Of a DNA stretch of 64,000 nucleotides, positions 54,608-63,282 are shown one piece after another. Location of the stretch: the NCBI GenBank assembly GCA_046597055.1, contig JBKJLC010000013.1, positions 14,117 through 78,116 of the forward strand, given 5' to 3'. This DNA comes from Kofleriaceae bacterium (lineage in GTDB: Bacteria > Myxococcota_A > Polyangia > Haliangiales > Haliangiaceae). The position numbers were made by a program, and so were the translations under genes. Positions within the stretch are counted from its first letter, which is position 1; each line of letters opens with the position of its first letter. The notes beneath the pieces are model-generated. The model was given only the letters and a program-made list of their open reading frames with translations, searched no databases and was not told the origin of the DNA.

Positions 54608-55497
54608 GCGGCGTGCCCCTCGAGCACCGAGGCCAGGACGTCGGCGTGGGTGTCGCACAGGTAGGTGCCCGCGTCGGCGAGCCGGACCAGCGCCGCGCCG
54701 GCCACGCGGGCGTGGGCGGCCACCGCGGCTGCCGCGAGCGGATCGCGCCCACCGGCGATGATCAGGGTCGGGGCCTGGATCGCGTCGAGGCACGCGGCCA
54801 GGTCGTGCGCGGCGATCGCCTGGTACCCGAGCCAGCCGCTGCGGCCGGCGCGCGCGGTGAGCACCAGCTCGCGCTGCACGACCGCGAGCGACGCGGCCAC
54901 GTCCTTCGCGGCGAGCCGCTCCCACAGGGCGGTCAGGTGGCTGCCGTCGGCGCGCGGCACGAGCGCCGGGAGCGCGGCCAGCGCGGCGCGACCCTCGGCG
55001 TCGAGCAGCGGCGGCCCCGACAGCACCACGGCGGCGACCCGGGTCGGGTGCGCCGCGGCCAGCTCGGCCGCCACCGACGCCCCGGCGTGGTGGCCGAACA
55101 CCACCGCGGGTCGATCGCTGAGCGACGCGAAGCGAAAGGGAATGGGGACCCCGCCGGCTTCGCCGGTGGGGCGGGAGGCGGAGCCCCCCGTGGGATCGAT
55201 CAGCGGCGCGATCGCGTCGGCGTACCAGGCCACCGTCGGCGCGGCCGCCGGCGCCGGGCTCTGGCCGAAGCCGGGCAGATCGGGCGCGAGCACCCGCCAG
55301 CGCGGTGCGAGCCGGGCCATCAGCGCCTCGTACATGGCCCCGCTGCTGGCGACCTGGTGCAGCAGCACGATCAGCGGGGCGGCCGTCGGTCCGGCGATCC
55401 GGACGTGGATCAGCCCAGCCGGGGTGCGCAGGTAGCGGCGCTCGATCGACCGATCGCTCGCGCGCTCGGTCGTCAGCTCGGTCATCGGCGCGGTCAC
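54604..55497 (-). CDS. Alpha/beta-hydrolase-fold protein, GHHAG elbow, with in-frame 27-aa insertion
   Basis: IVLLHQVASS, APDLPGFGQS, GHHAG, PTLIIAG..D; paralog of 52218-53012. Confidence 0.85.
   Translation of the reverse strand: MTAPMTELTTERASDRSIERRYLRTPAGLIHVRIAGPTAAPLIVLLHQVASSGAMYEALMARLAPRWRVLAPDLPGFGQSPAPAAAPTVAWYADAIAPLIDPTGGSASRPTGEAGGVPIPFRFASLSDRPAVVFGHHAGASVAAELAAAHPTRVAAVVLSGPPLLDAEGRAALAALPALVPRADGSHLTALWERLAAKDVAASLAVVQRELVLTARAGRSGWLGYQAIAAHDLAACLDAIQAPTLIIAGGRDPLAAAAVAAHARVAGAALVRLADAGTYLCDTHADVLASVLEGHAA
55113..55198. repeat. Palindromic repeat-like element inserted in-frame in a CDS
   Basis: Hairpins CCCGCCGGC-ttc-GCCGGTGGG and CGGGAGGC-gga-GCCCCCCG; GATCG direct repeats 81 nt apart. 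Confidence 0.65.
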
Positions 55498-56927
55498 GGG
55501 GTCACCTCGATGCGCGCCCACTTCAGCTCGGTGAAGTGCTCGATCGAGTAGCGCCCGCCCGAGCGGCCGATGCCCGACAGGCCGCGGCCGCCCACCGGCG
55601 CGATCGCGCCCGACTGGAACGAGTGCATGCCGAGATGGACCGCGCCGGCCCGGATGCGGCGCACGCAGGTGAGGCCGCGCCGGAGGTCGTCGGTGACCAC
55701 CGCGGCGGCCAGCGCGTACGCGCTATCGTTGGCGGCCGCGATCGCCTGGTCGAGATCGTCGACCGCGACCACGCTCACCACCGGGCCAAAGGTCTCCTCG
55801 CGCCAGGCCCGGCAGGTCGACGGCGGCTCGACGAGCACGGTCGGCGCCAGGGTGCGCGGCCCGAGCCAGCGGCCACCGACGCCGAGCCCGGCGCCGGCCG
55901 CGATCGCCTCCTCGACCTGGCCGCGGATCTTGGCCACCGCGCGGTCGTCGATCACCGGCCCGTACGCGGTGCGCTCGTCGCGCAGGTCGCCCAGGTGCAG
56001 CGCGGCGCACCGGTCGATCAGCGCGGCGAGGAAGCGCGGATAGATCGGGCGCTCGACGATCAGCCGGCTCGACGCCATGCAGATCTGGCCGGCGTGGGCG
56101 AAGCCGCCCTCGACCGCGATCGCGGCGGCGCGCACCGGATCGGCGTCGCGCAGCACCAGCAGCGGGTTCTTGCCGCCCAGCTCGAGCTGCAGGCGGGCCA
56201 GCCTCGGTGCGGCGGCGGCCGCGATCGCGCACCCGGTCGCGGTCGCGCCGGTGAACGCGATCCCGTCGACGTCGGGGTGGGCGGCCAGCGGCGCGCCGCA
56301 GCCCGGGCCATCCCCGGTGACCACCGCCAGCACGCCCGGCGGCAGGCCGGCCTCGGCGAACAGCCGGGCCAGCGCCAGCGCGCACAGCGGGGTGTGCTCC
56401 GACGGCTTGACCACCACGGTGTTGCCGGCCGCGAGCGGGAACGCGAGCATCTTGGTGAGCAGCGCGACCGGGGCGTTGAACGGCGCGATCACCGCGACCA
56501 CGCCGAGCGGCTCGCGCAGCACGAGCGACAGCCGGTCGGCGCGGTCGTCCGGAAACGTATCGCCGTGCAGGCGACGCGCCTCGCCGGCGGCCGCGCGCAG
56601 CAGCTCGACCGCGTAGGCCAGCTCGCCGCGCGCCTTGGTGATGGTCGAGCCCGACTCGTCGATCAGCAGGTCGAGCAGGCGGGCGACCCCGTCGGCGGCC
56701 AGCCGATCGGCCATCGCCAGCAACACCCGCTCGCGCGCGCCGCCGGCGAGCCCGGCCCAGCCCGGCCACGCCCGCCGGGCCGACCCGACCGCGCGGTCGA
56801 CGTCGTCGGGGCCGCCGCGCGGGACCGAGCCGAGCACGCGATCGTCGGCCGGCGCGGTCACGACCATCCGCTCGCCCGACGCGGCCGGCTGGACCTCGCC
56901 GCCGATCCACAGCTGGCCCTCGATCAC
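55494..56927 (-). CDS. Aldehyde dehydrogenase (aromatic-aldehyde-type)
   Basis: IAPFNAP, KPSE, FTGA, LELGGKNP, GQICM, EETFGPV. Confidence 0.93.
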   Translation of the reverse strand: MIEGQLWIGGEVQPAASGERMVVTAPADDRVLGSVPRGGPDDVDRAVGSARRAWPGWAGLAGGARERVLLAMADRLAADGVARLLDLLIDESGSTITKARGELAYAVELLRAAAGEARRLHGDTFPDDRADRLSLVLREPLGVVAVIAPFNAPVALLTKMLAFPLAAGNTVVVKPSEHTPLCALALARLFAEAGLPPGVLAVVTGDGPGCGAPLAAHPDVDGIAFTGATATGCAIAAAAAPRLARLQLELGGKNPLLVLRDADPVRAAAIAVEGGFAHAGQICMASSRLIVERPIYPRFLAALIDRCAALHLGDLRDERTAYGPVIDDRAVAKIRGQVEEAIAAGAGLGVGGRWLGPRTLAPTVLVEPPSTCRAWREETFGPVVSVVAVDDLDQAIAAANDSAYALAAAVVTDDLRRGLTCVRRIRAGAVHLGMHSFQSGAIAPVGGRGLSGIGRSGGRYSIEHFTELKWARIEVTP

Positions 56928-58111
56928 GCGCGCGCCTCCAGCAGCGAGGTCTGCAGCAGGAAGCGCCGGGCCGCGGCCGGATCGGCGGCGATCGCGGCCA
57001 GCTCGCGATCGCGCGCGGCCCGCTCGCCCGCGTCGCGCGCCACCAGCGATTGGTAGTTGCGCGCGGCGTCGCGCTGCACGCCCTCGACCGCGGCGCGCCG
57101 GCGCCGGGTCGCCCAGGCGTCGAGCCGGAGATCGCCGTCGACCGCCTGGTCGAGCCGCGCCGCCAGGGGCCCGACCAGCCCGGCCGCGTCGTGGATGCCC
57201 GAGTTCATGCCGAGCCCGCCGGCCGGGTTGTTGACGTGCGCGGCGTCGCCGAGCAGCACGACCCGGCCGACGCGGAACCGCTCGGCGACTCGCTGGTGCA
57301 CGGCGTACGACGAGCGCGCGAGGACCGGCGGGGCCGGCCGGCCCAGCAGCCGCGCCAGCCGTGCCGCCAGCGCGTCGTCGGTGAGCGCGGTCGCGACGTC
57401 GGCGTCGGCGGCCAGCCGGAACACCACGCGGACCCGATCGCGGAGCGACATCACGATCACCCACTCGTCGGGATCGAACACGTAGGCGACCGGTCCGATG
57501 CCGGGGAACACCCGCTCGAGCGCCAGGTCGTCCGGCGCCAGCGCGCACAGCAGGAACCGGTCCTCGTTGGTCGCGCCGGTGAAGCTCAGCCCGAGCCGCT
57601 GCCGCACGGTCGAGCGGGCGCCGTCGGCGGCGCACAGGAACCGGGCGCGCTCGGTGTGGCGGCCGCCCGCGGTCTCCACCTCGACCGCGACCTCGTCGCC
57701 GTGCTCGGTCGCGTCGACCACCCGGTGGCCGAACCGGATCGCCGCGCCCCGCGCGCGCGCGGCCTCGAGCAGGATCGGGGTGACCTCGTGCTGCGGGCAC
57801 TGCAGCCGGAACGGGAACCGGGTGTCGCCCGCGATCAGCGCATAGGGCAGCTCGGCCACGCAGGTCCGGGTCGAGCGCTCCCAGAACTGCAGGCGATCGA
57901 CCTGGGCGCCGCGCGCGATGATCGCCTCGGCCACGCCCCATTGGTCGAGCAGCTCGAGGCTCGAGGGGTGCCAGGTGCTGGCGCGGGCGTCGGCCGACAC
58001 GGTCGGCTCGGCCTCGAGCACCAGCACGCCGAGGCCGCGATCGGCCAGCCCGAGCGCGAGGGTCAGGCCGACCGGCCCGGCGCCGGCGACGATGACGTCG
58101 TGGGCGGTCAT
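56924..58111 (-). CDS. FAD-dependent monooxygenase (group A, MhpA/PHBH-like)
   Basis: GAGPVG, ADGARSTVR, GDAAHVNNPAGGLGMNSGIHDA. Confidence 0.92.
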   Translation of the reverse strand: MTAHDVIVAGAGPVGLTLALGLADRGLGVLVLEAEPTVSADARASTWHPSSLELLDQWGVAEAIIARGAQVDRLQFWERSTRTCVAELPYALIAGDTRFPFRLQCPQHEVTPILLEAARARGAAIRFGHRVVDATEHGDEVAVEVETAGGRHTERARFLCAADGARSTVRQRLGLSFTGATNEDRFLLCALAPDDLALERVFPGIGPVAYVFDPDEWVIVMSLRDRVRVVFRLAADADVATALTDDALAARLARLLGRPAPPVLARSSYAVHQRVAERFRVGRVVLLGDAAHVNNPAGGLGMNSGIHDAAGLVGPLAARLDQAVDGDLRLDAWATRRRRAAVEGVQRDAARNYQSLVARDAGERAARDRELAAIAADPAAARRFLLQTSLLEARA

Positions 58112-59562
58112 GGCCGCCCTGCCCCGACCGTGGTCACCCGCGCGCCGCGGAAGTGCTCGAAGGTCTCGACCACGCCCTCGTCGCCGAGGCCCGACAGCCC
58201 CCAGGCCGGCCGCACCGCCAGCGGATGCGCGCTGGTCAGGCTGAGCCGGTTGACGTTGACCATCCCGCACCGGAGCGCGCGCCCGACCCGCGCGGCGTCG
58301 GGCTCGGGGCCGAACACGTACGCGGCCAGGCCATACGGCGAGTCGGCGGCGCACCGGGTCGCCTCGGCGGCGTCGGCGACCTCGTGCCAGGTCGCGACCG
58401 GCCCGAAGATCTCGTCGCGCGCGCGCGCCGGCGCGACCCCGGTGATGAGCGTCGGCGCCACGAAGTAGCCGTCGAGCGCCGGCCGCCGGGTCGGCGCGTG
58501 AGCCTCGCCGCCGGCCCCGACCAGGCGCGCGATCGCGCGGGTGACGGTGTCGCGGTGGGTCGCGTGCGCGAGCGGGCCCATCTCGCTGGCCGGATCGATC
58601 GCCGCGCCCAGCCGCAGCCCGGCCAGCCGCTCGAGCACCGCCGCGAACAGCGCCGCCGCGATCGGTCGGGCGACGATCACGCGCCCGACCGCCCGGCACC
58701 ACTGGCCGTTGAGCGTGGTCAACCCGGCGACCAGCGCGACCGCCGCCGCCTCGACGTCGGCACCGTCCAGCACGACGAACGGATTCGAGCCGCCCAGCTC
58801 GAGCTGGGCCGGCTTCATCGCCGGCGCGCAGGCCAGCGCCACCGCCCGGCCCCCGACCAGCCCGCCGGTGAACGACACCACCGCGGTGCGCGGATCCCCG
58901 ACCAACCGGGCGCCGACCCGACCATCGCCGTGGACCAGCGCGAGCGCGCCGGCGGGCAGGTGCGGCGCCGCGCACTCGACCAGCACCTGGGCCGACAGCG
59001 GCGCGTGCTCGCTCGGCTTGAGGATCACCGGGCAGCCCGCCGCCAGCGCGCTCGCCAGCTTGTGGGCCGCGATCGCGGTCGACGCGTTCCACGGCGCGAT
59101 CACCGCCGCCGGCCCGCGCGGGAGCCGCTCGATCTCGCAGGTCGCCCCGACTGCCGGCAGCGCCCGCGCGTCGGCGCGGGTCACCGCCAGCTCGGCCGCG
59201 ACCCGAAAGCAGCGGGCCGCGACCTGGGCCAGCACGCGGGCCTGGTCGAACAGGATGCCGGTCGTGATCGCGTCGATCCACGCCAGCTCGTCGAGCCGGC
59301 GCTCGATCGCCGCCGCGGTCGCGTCGAGCGCGGCCGCCCGGTCGGACGGCGGCGCCCAGCCGTTGCGATCGAGGTCAGCCGCCGCGGCCAGCGCGGCCTC
59401 CACCACGGCCTCGTCGCTGTGGACCTGCGCGACCAGCCGCGCGCCGGTCGACGCGTCGCACAGCCAGGCGTCGGCCACCGCGGGCGAGGTCGACCACGCG
59501 CCGGCGACGTACGCGCGCGGGGGCGGCAGCGGGTGCGGCGTCCGCGACGGGCTCGTGGTCAT
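58108..59562 (-). CDS. Aldehyde dehydrogenase (divergent)
   Basis: IAPWNA, KPSE, SFTGG, LELGGSNP, NGQWC, EIFGPV. Confidence 0.9.
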   Translation of the reverse strand: MTTSPSRTPHPLPPPRAYVAGAWSTSPAVADAWLCDASTGARLVAQVHSDEAVVEAALAAAADLDRNGWAPPSDRAAALDATAAAIERRLDELAWIDAITTGILFDQARVLAQVAARCFRVAAELAVTRADARALPAVGATCEIERLPRGPAAVIAPWNASTAIAAHKLASALAAGCPVILKPSEHAPLSAQVLVECAAPHLPAGALALVHGDGRVGARLVGDPRTAVVSFTGGLVGGRAVALACAPAMKPAQLELGGSNPFVVLDGADVEAAAVALVAGLTTLNGQWCRAVGRVIVARPIAAALFAAVLERLAGLRLGAAIDPASEMGPLAHATHRDTVTRAIARLVGAGGEAHAPTRRPALDGYFVAPTLITGVAPARARDEIFGPVATWHEVADAAEATRCAADSPYGLAAYVFGPEPDAARVGRALRCGMVNVNRLSLTSAHPLAVRPAWGLSGLGDEGVVETFEHFRGARVTTVGAGRP

Positions 59563-60134
59563 GACCGGAACACCTCGGTCGCGACCCGGGGCGCGTGGAC
59601 CGGCCCGTCGGCGCCACGCGGATCCCACGCGACCCGGCGATCGGCCTTGTCCGCAACCCGGACACCGTGGGCGGTCAGGGTCCGGACCAGCACGCCGTCG
59701 CGGTAGAGCGCGGTGCTGCGCACCCGCGCCGATCGGTCGATCAGCCGCACGCAGTCGGGCTCGGCGTAGCGCGACCAGGCCGGCGTGATCCGCCGGCCGA
59801 CGAAGTACAGGATGCCGGCGCCGGCCGAGACCCCGACGTGCTCGGGATCGTCGGGCCCGAGCGCATCGAACGCGAGCACGCCGCCCTGCAGCCGACCGGT
59901 GAAGCTGCGCACGTGCAGCGGCCGGCCGCGGGTGGTCACGTTGGTCTGGCGGTAGATCTCGCCGTCGAACTCGACGTAGACCAGGTTCTCCCACGGCGAC
60001 GGCCCGGGCGTGCCCGACGCCTCGTCGGCGGGGAGCGGCTGACCGTCGAGCGCGAAGACCTCGACGTGGTCGCGCCAGACCCCGGCCATCGCGGTCAGGG
60101 TCTCGGCGACCGAGCTGCCGATCGCGCCCGTCAC
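59559..60134 (-). CDS. Single-domain calycin-like beta-barrel protein
   Basis: MAGVWRDHVEVFALDG N-terminus; beta-strand-rich; 4-nt overlaps on both sides. Confidence 0.55.
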   Translation of the reverse strand: MTGAIGSSVAETLTAMAGVWRDHVEVFALDGQPLPADEASGTPGPSPWENLVYVEFDGEIYRQTNVTTRGRPLHVRSFTGRLQGGVLAFDALGPDDPEHVGVSAGAGILYFVGRRITPAWSRYAEPDCVRLIDRSARVRSTALYRDGVLVRTLTAHGVRVADKADRRVAWDPRGADGPVHAPRVATEVFRS

Positions 60135-61414
60135 GGGGTGCCCTTCGCCGCGGTGCCGAACAGCGCCTGCTCGCGATCGGTGAGCAGCATCCGCGCCGCC
60201 TCGTGGCGACCGCGCTCGGCCGGGAACGCCTGGACCAGGCCCATGGCGAGGTCGCGCACGCCGCGCGCCTCGACGGTGCGGTTGCCGGTCGCGCTGGTGC
60301 CACCCGACTTGAGCGCCGCCAGCCCGACCCGGAACGCGGCCTCGCACACCTCGCCCTTGCAGAGCCGCCACTGCCGGACCACGTCGGCCTTGCCGACCAG
60401 CGGTGGCTCGCTGGTCTCGAGCTCGAGCTGGCGGCGCAGCCACAGGAGCGCGGTCTCCATGTCGACCGCCATCCGCCCGATCAGCTCCTGGTGGTGCGCG
60501 CTCTCGCCGACCGCGCGGCCGGTGTCGGCGAACCGGGCCCGGGTCACGCCGTCGAGCGCGTGCCGGTACACCGCCCACGCCGTCCCGGCGTAGACCGCGG
60601 TCGCCGCGAGCTGGTTGCCGACGAAGCTGCCGCGGCTGACCTCCATCATGCGGCGGAAGGCGCCCGGCACCGCCAGCGCGTCGACGTCGTCGCACGGCAC
60701 GTCGTCGAGCACGAGGCCGTGGGTCGCGGTCGCGCGCATGCCGAGCGCGTCCCAGCGCGCACGCTCGCGGAGGCCGACCGCGTCGCGCGCGACCAGGAAC
60801 AGGCCGAGGTCGTCGACGCCACCCGAGCCGCCCGCGATCCGCGCGGTGACCAGGTAGTCGTCAGCGACCCCGGTCGCGCACCCGAACGACTTGGTGCCGG
60901 TCAGCCGCCAGCCGCCGCTCACCCGACGCGCCTCGGTCGTGATCGTGATCGCGCTGCCCTCGGTCTTGGTCGATTCGCTGGCGAAGTTCGCGATCCACCG
61001 GCCGCGGGTGCCCATGCGCGCCAGCAGCCGCTCGGCGAAGTCGCGGACCCGCGGGACCTCGGCGTCGGGGTACTTCCCCGCCGCGATCGCCTCGAGCGGC
61101 AGCAACCCACGCGACGCGCTCGAGCAGTGGAAGAAGAACGCCAGCGCCGTCGATGGACACGCGGTGCCGAGCGCGAACGTCGCGCCGGCCAGGTCGCGCA
61201 GGCCCCCACCCAGGCCACCGTGCTCGACCGGGACCACCAGGCCGAGCAGCCCGGCCTCGCGCAGGGCCGCGACGTGGGGCAGGTGGAACTCGCCGCGCGC
61301 GTCGGCCATCACCGCCGCCTCGCGCAGCACCGGCAGCACCGCGTCGACCCGCGCCGCCCGCGCCCGCTCGGCGTCGGACATGCGCTCGACCAGCACCTCG
61401 GCGACCGCGGTCAC
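60131..61414 (-). CDS. Acyl-CoA dehydrogenase-fold flavoprotein (possibly group D monooxygenase-like)
   Basis: GLLGLVVP.EHGGLG, CPSTAL, GWRLTGTKSFGC, WDALGMRATATH, R.VRD. Confidence 0.85.
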   Translation of the reverse strand: MTAVAEVLVERMSDAERARAARVDAVLPVLREAAVMADARGEFHLPHVAALREAGLLGLVVPVEHGGLGGGLRDLAGATFALGTACPSTALAFFFHCSSASRGLLPLEAIAAGKYPDAEVPRVRDFAERLLARMGTRGRWIANFASESTKTEGSAITITTEARRVSGGWRLTGTKSFGCATGVADDYLVTARIAGGSGGVDDLGLFLVARDAVGLRERARWDALGMRATATHGLVLDDVPCDDVDALAVPGAFRRMMEVSRGSFVGNQLAATAVYAGTAWAVYRHALDGVTRARFADTGRAVGESAHHQELIGRMAVDMETALLWLRRQLELETSEPPLVGKADVVRQWRLCKGEVCEAAFRVGLAALKSGGTSATGNRTVEARGVRDLAMGLVQAFPAERGRHEAARMLLTDREQALFGTAAKGTP

Positions 61415-62157
61415 GCCGCGCCTCGCTTGAGCAGGTCGCGCATCCGGGCCGCGACCGGCTCGCCGACCAGGCGCGCCACCTGCGCCCACACCGCGTCGAC
61501 CGCGGGATCGAAGATCGCGTCCTTGCTGCGCTGGTCGCGCTGCGCCAGCCCGGCCCGGTCGACGCCGTCGAGCCCGGCCGCCGGCACGCCGGCTTGCACC
61601 AGCGCCAGCCAGTGATCGAGGTATCCGTTCGCGACCGGGCCGAGCGCGCCGAATCCAGCCTCGTCGGTCCGCTGGACCAGCATCCACGGCGACATCAGCG
61701 CGTGCTGGCGCGGGCCGATCTTGGCCGGGGTCCAGCCCGGCGTGCCGCGCGCCGCCTCGAACCGCTCGGTCAGCGGCTCGAAGACCTGGTCGATGTAGGC
61801 GAGGTGGGCGCCGAGATCGACGCGCGGGATGAGATCCAGATGGAACGCGTAGCCGCCGCCGGCGAAGACCGCGTCGAGCGTGTAGTGCGGCACCGCGCTG
61901 TCGGGCCGGGTGAACGCGAACACCATGTGCGAGTCGAGGCCGAACGCCGGCACCGCCAGCTCGATCGTCACGAGCTGCAGGAGCTGTGGGCCGGTGAACA
62001 CCCGCAGGCCGCCGACCGGCGCGCCGGCGACCGGGCCGGCCAGCCCGACCAGCGGGACCAGCGCCCCGCCGGCGTCGCCGTGGACCTCGACCAGCCCGAG
62101 CGTGGAGACGATGCGATGGCGGACGTGCGCCGCCAGCGTGGCAGGGAGGGAGCTCAT
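61411..62157 (-). CDS. Second RCCR/bilin-reductase-like protein
   Basis: LDSHMVFAFT.PDSAVPHYTLD, FHLDLIPRVDL, ALMSP, YLDHWL, LAQRD; same framework as 51427-52221. Confidence 0.7.
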   Translation of the reverse strand: MSSLPATLAAHVRHRIVSTLGLVEVHGDAGGALVPLVGLAGPVAGAPVGGLRVFTGPQLLQLVTIELAVPAFGLDSHMVFAFTRPDSAVPHYTLDAVFAGGGYAFHLDLIPRVDLGAHLAYIDQVFEPLTERFEAARGTPGWTPAKIGPRQHALMSPWMLVQRTDEAGFGALGPVANGYLDHWLALVQAGVPAAGLDGVDRAGLAQRDQRSKDAIFDPAVDAVWAQVARLVGEPVAARMRDLLKRGAA

Positions 62158-63266
62158 TTGACCACCTTCAGCGGCGGGGCCTCGGGCATGACCCACGACG
62201 CCGGCGCCGCGCCGGCCTCGCGGCGGCGCGGCGAGCCGATGACGACGGCGCCGTGCCCCTGGTTGTCGGTCCGGATCGCCGAGGCGTCGATGCCCCAGCC
62301 GCGATCCAGGTAGCGCTTGCGCAGCTGGCGATAGGCGATGCCCATCGCGTCGGAGCGGAGGTGAAGCTCGGCGGCGAGGTCGTACGGCAGCTGCTCGGGC
62401 CGCACGCCCTCGACGGTCGGCTGATCCTCGAGGAAGATCTTGTTCACCCGCCGGCGCGAGTCGCGGTCGGCCCACCGGCCGGTGAAGAAGTTCCGGTACT
62501 GCACCCACAGCGTGCGGGTGGTGTGCTCGTCGACCGGCACGTTCGAATCGATGATCACCGTGCGCCAGCGGCCGAGATCGAGGTCGAGGCGGGTGAGGTT
62601 GGGCATCATCACCGCGACCGACGCGGTGACCGGCGACCGCTTGCGCCGCAGCAGCTTCCACAGCCCCTTCGGCGGCGGCGGCATCAGCGAGGTCGTCGCC
62701 GAGCAGCTCCACGCGTCGGTGGTGACCTCGTGGTCCTCGATCTCCGGGTGGTCGGGGTTGCCGAACGAGTTGCGGTGCACGAACGGCGTGTGCGCGATGT
62801 CGACGCCGTTCTCGACCACCCGCGCGTAGTGCGCGTTCCAGGTGAACTCGCCGCGCAGCGCGCGCCAGCCGGGCTGATCGGCCTCGGGGATCACCGGGAT
62901 CGGCGGCCGCTCGGCCTCGGGCAGGTCGCCCATGAACACCCACACCCACCCGTAGCGCTCGACGACGGGGTAGCTGTCGACCTTGGCGCGCGCGGGGATC
63001 GGCGAGCCCGGCCGCGCGGCCGGGATGCGCACGCACGCGCCGTCCTGCGCGTACTGCCAGCCGTGGTACGGGCAGACCAGGCAGCCCTTCTCGATCCAGC
63101 CGCCCGACAGCGACGCGCCCCGGTGCACGCACAGATCGCTGAGCGCGACGACCTGGCCGTCGGCGCCACGAAACAGCGCCAGGTCCTGACCGAGCAGGCG
63201 CACCTTGCGCGGCGCCGTGCCGATCGCGTCGGCCACCTCGCACGCGTACCAGAAGTTCTTCAGCAT
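62154..63266 (-). CDS. Rieske non-haem iron oxygenase (VanA/PaO-like superfamily)
   Basis: GAGGAG RBS; CVH...CPYH Rieske ligands; ENGVDIAHTPFVH mononuclear Fe motif; late IFLED. Confidence 0.93.
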   Translation of the reverse strand: MLKNFWYACEVADAIGTAPRKVRLLGQDLALFRGADGQVVALSDLCVHRGASLSGGWIEKGCLVCPYHGWQYAQDGACVRIPAARPGSPIPARAKVDSYPVVERYGWVWVFMGDLPEAERPPIPVIPEADQPGWRALRGEFTWNAHYARVVENGVDIAHTPFVHRNSFGNPDHPEIEDHEVTTDAWSCSATTSLMPPPPKGLWKLLRRKRSPVTASVAVMMPNLTRLDLDLGRWRTVIIDSNVPVDEHTTRTLWVQYRNFFTGRWADRDSRRRVNKIFLEDQPTVEGVRPEQLPYDLAAELHLRSDAMGIAYRQLRKRYLDRGWGIDASAIRTDNQGHGAVVIGSPRRREAGAAPASWVMPEAPPLKVVK

Positions 63267-63282
63267 CGCGGGCTCCTCTTGC

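Noticed and set aside
52218..63243. Apparent long fusion ORFs in the track (844, 815, 785, 731 and 610 aa)
   Set aside because: The N-terminal parts are off-frame reads of the upstream gene; real starts lie at or near the ATGA/GTGA overlaps.
62154..63266. Naming the Rieske gene pao or vanA
   Set aside because: Motifs support only the superfamily; the substrate cannot be determined from sequence.
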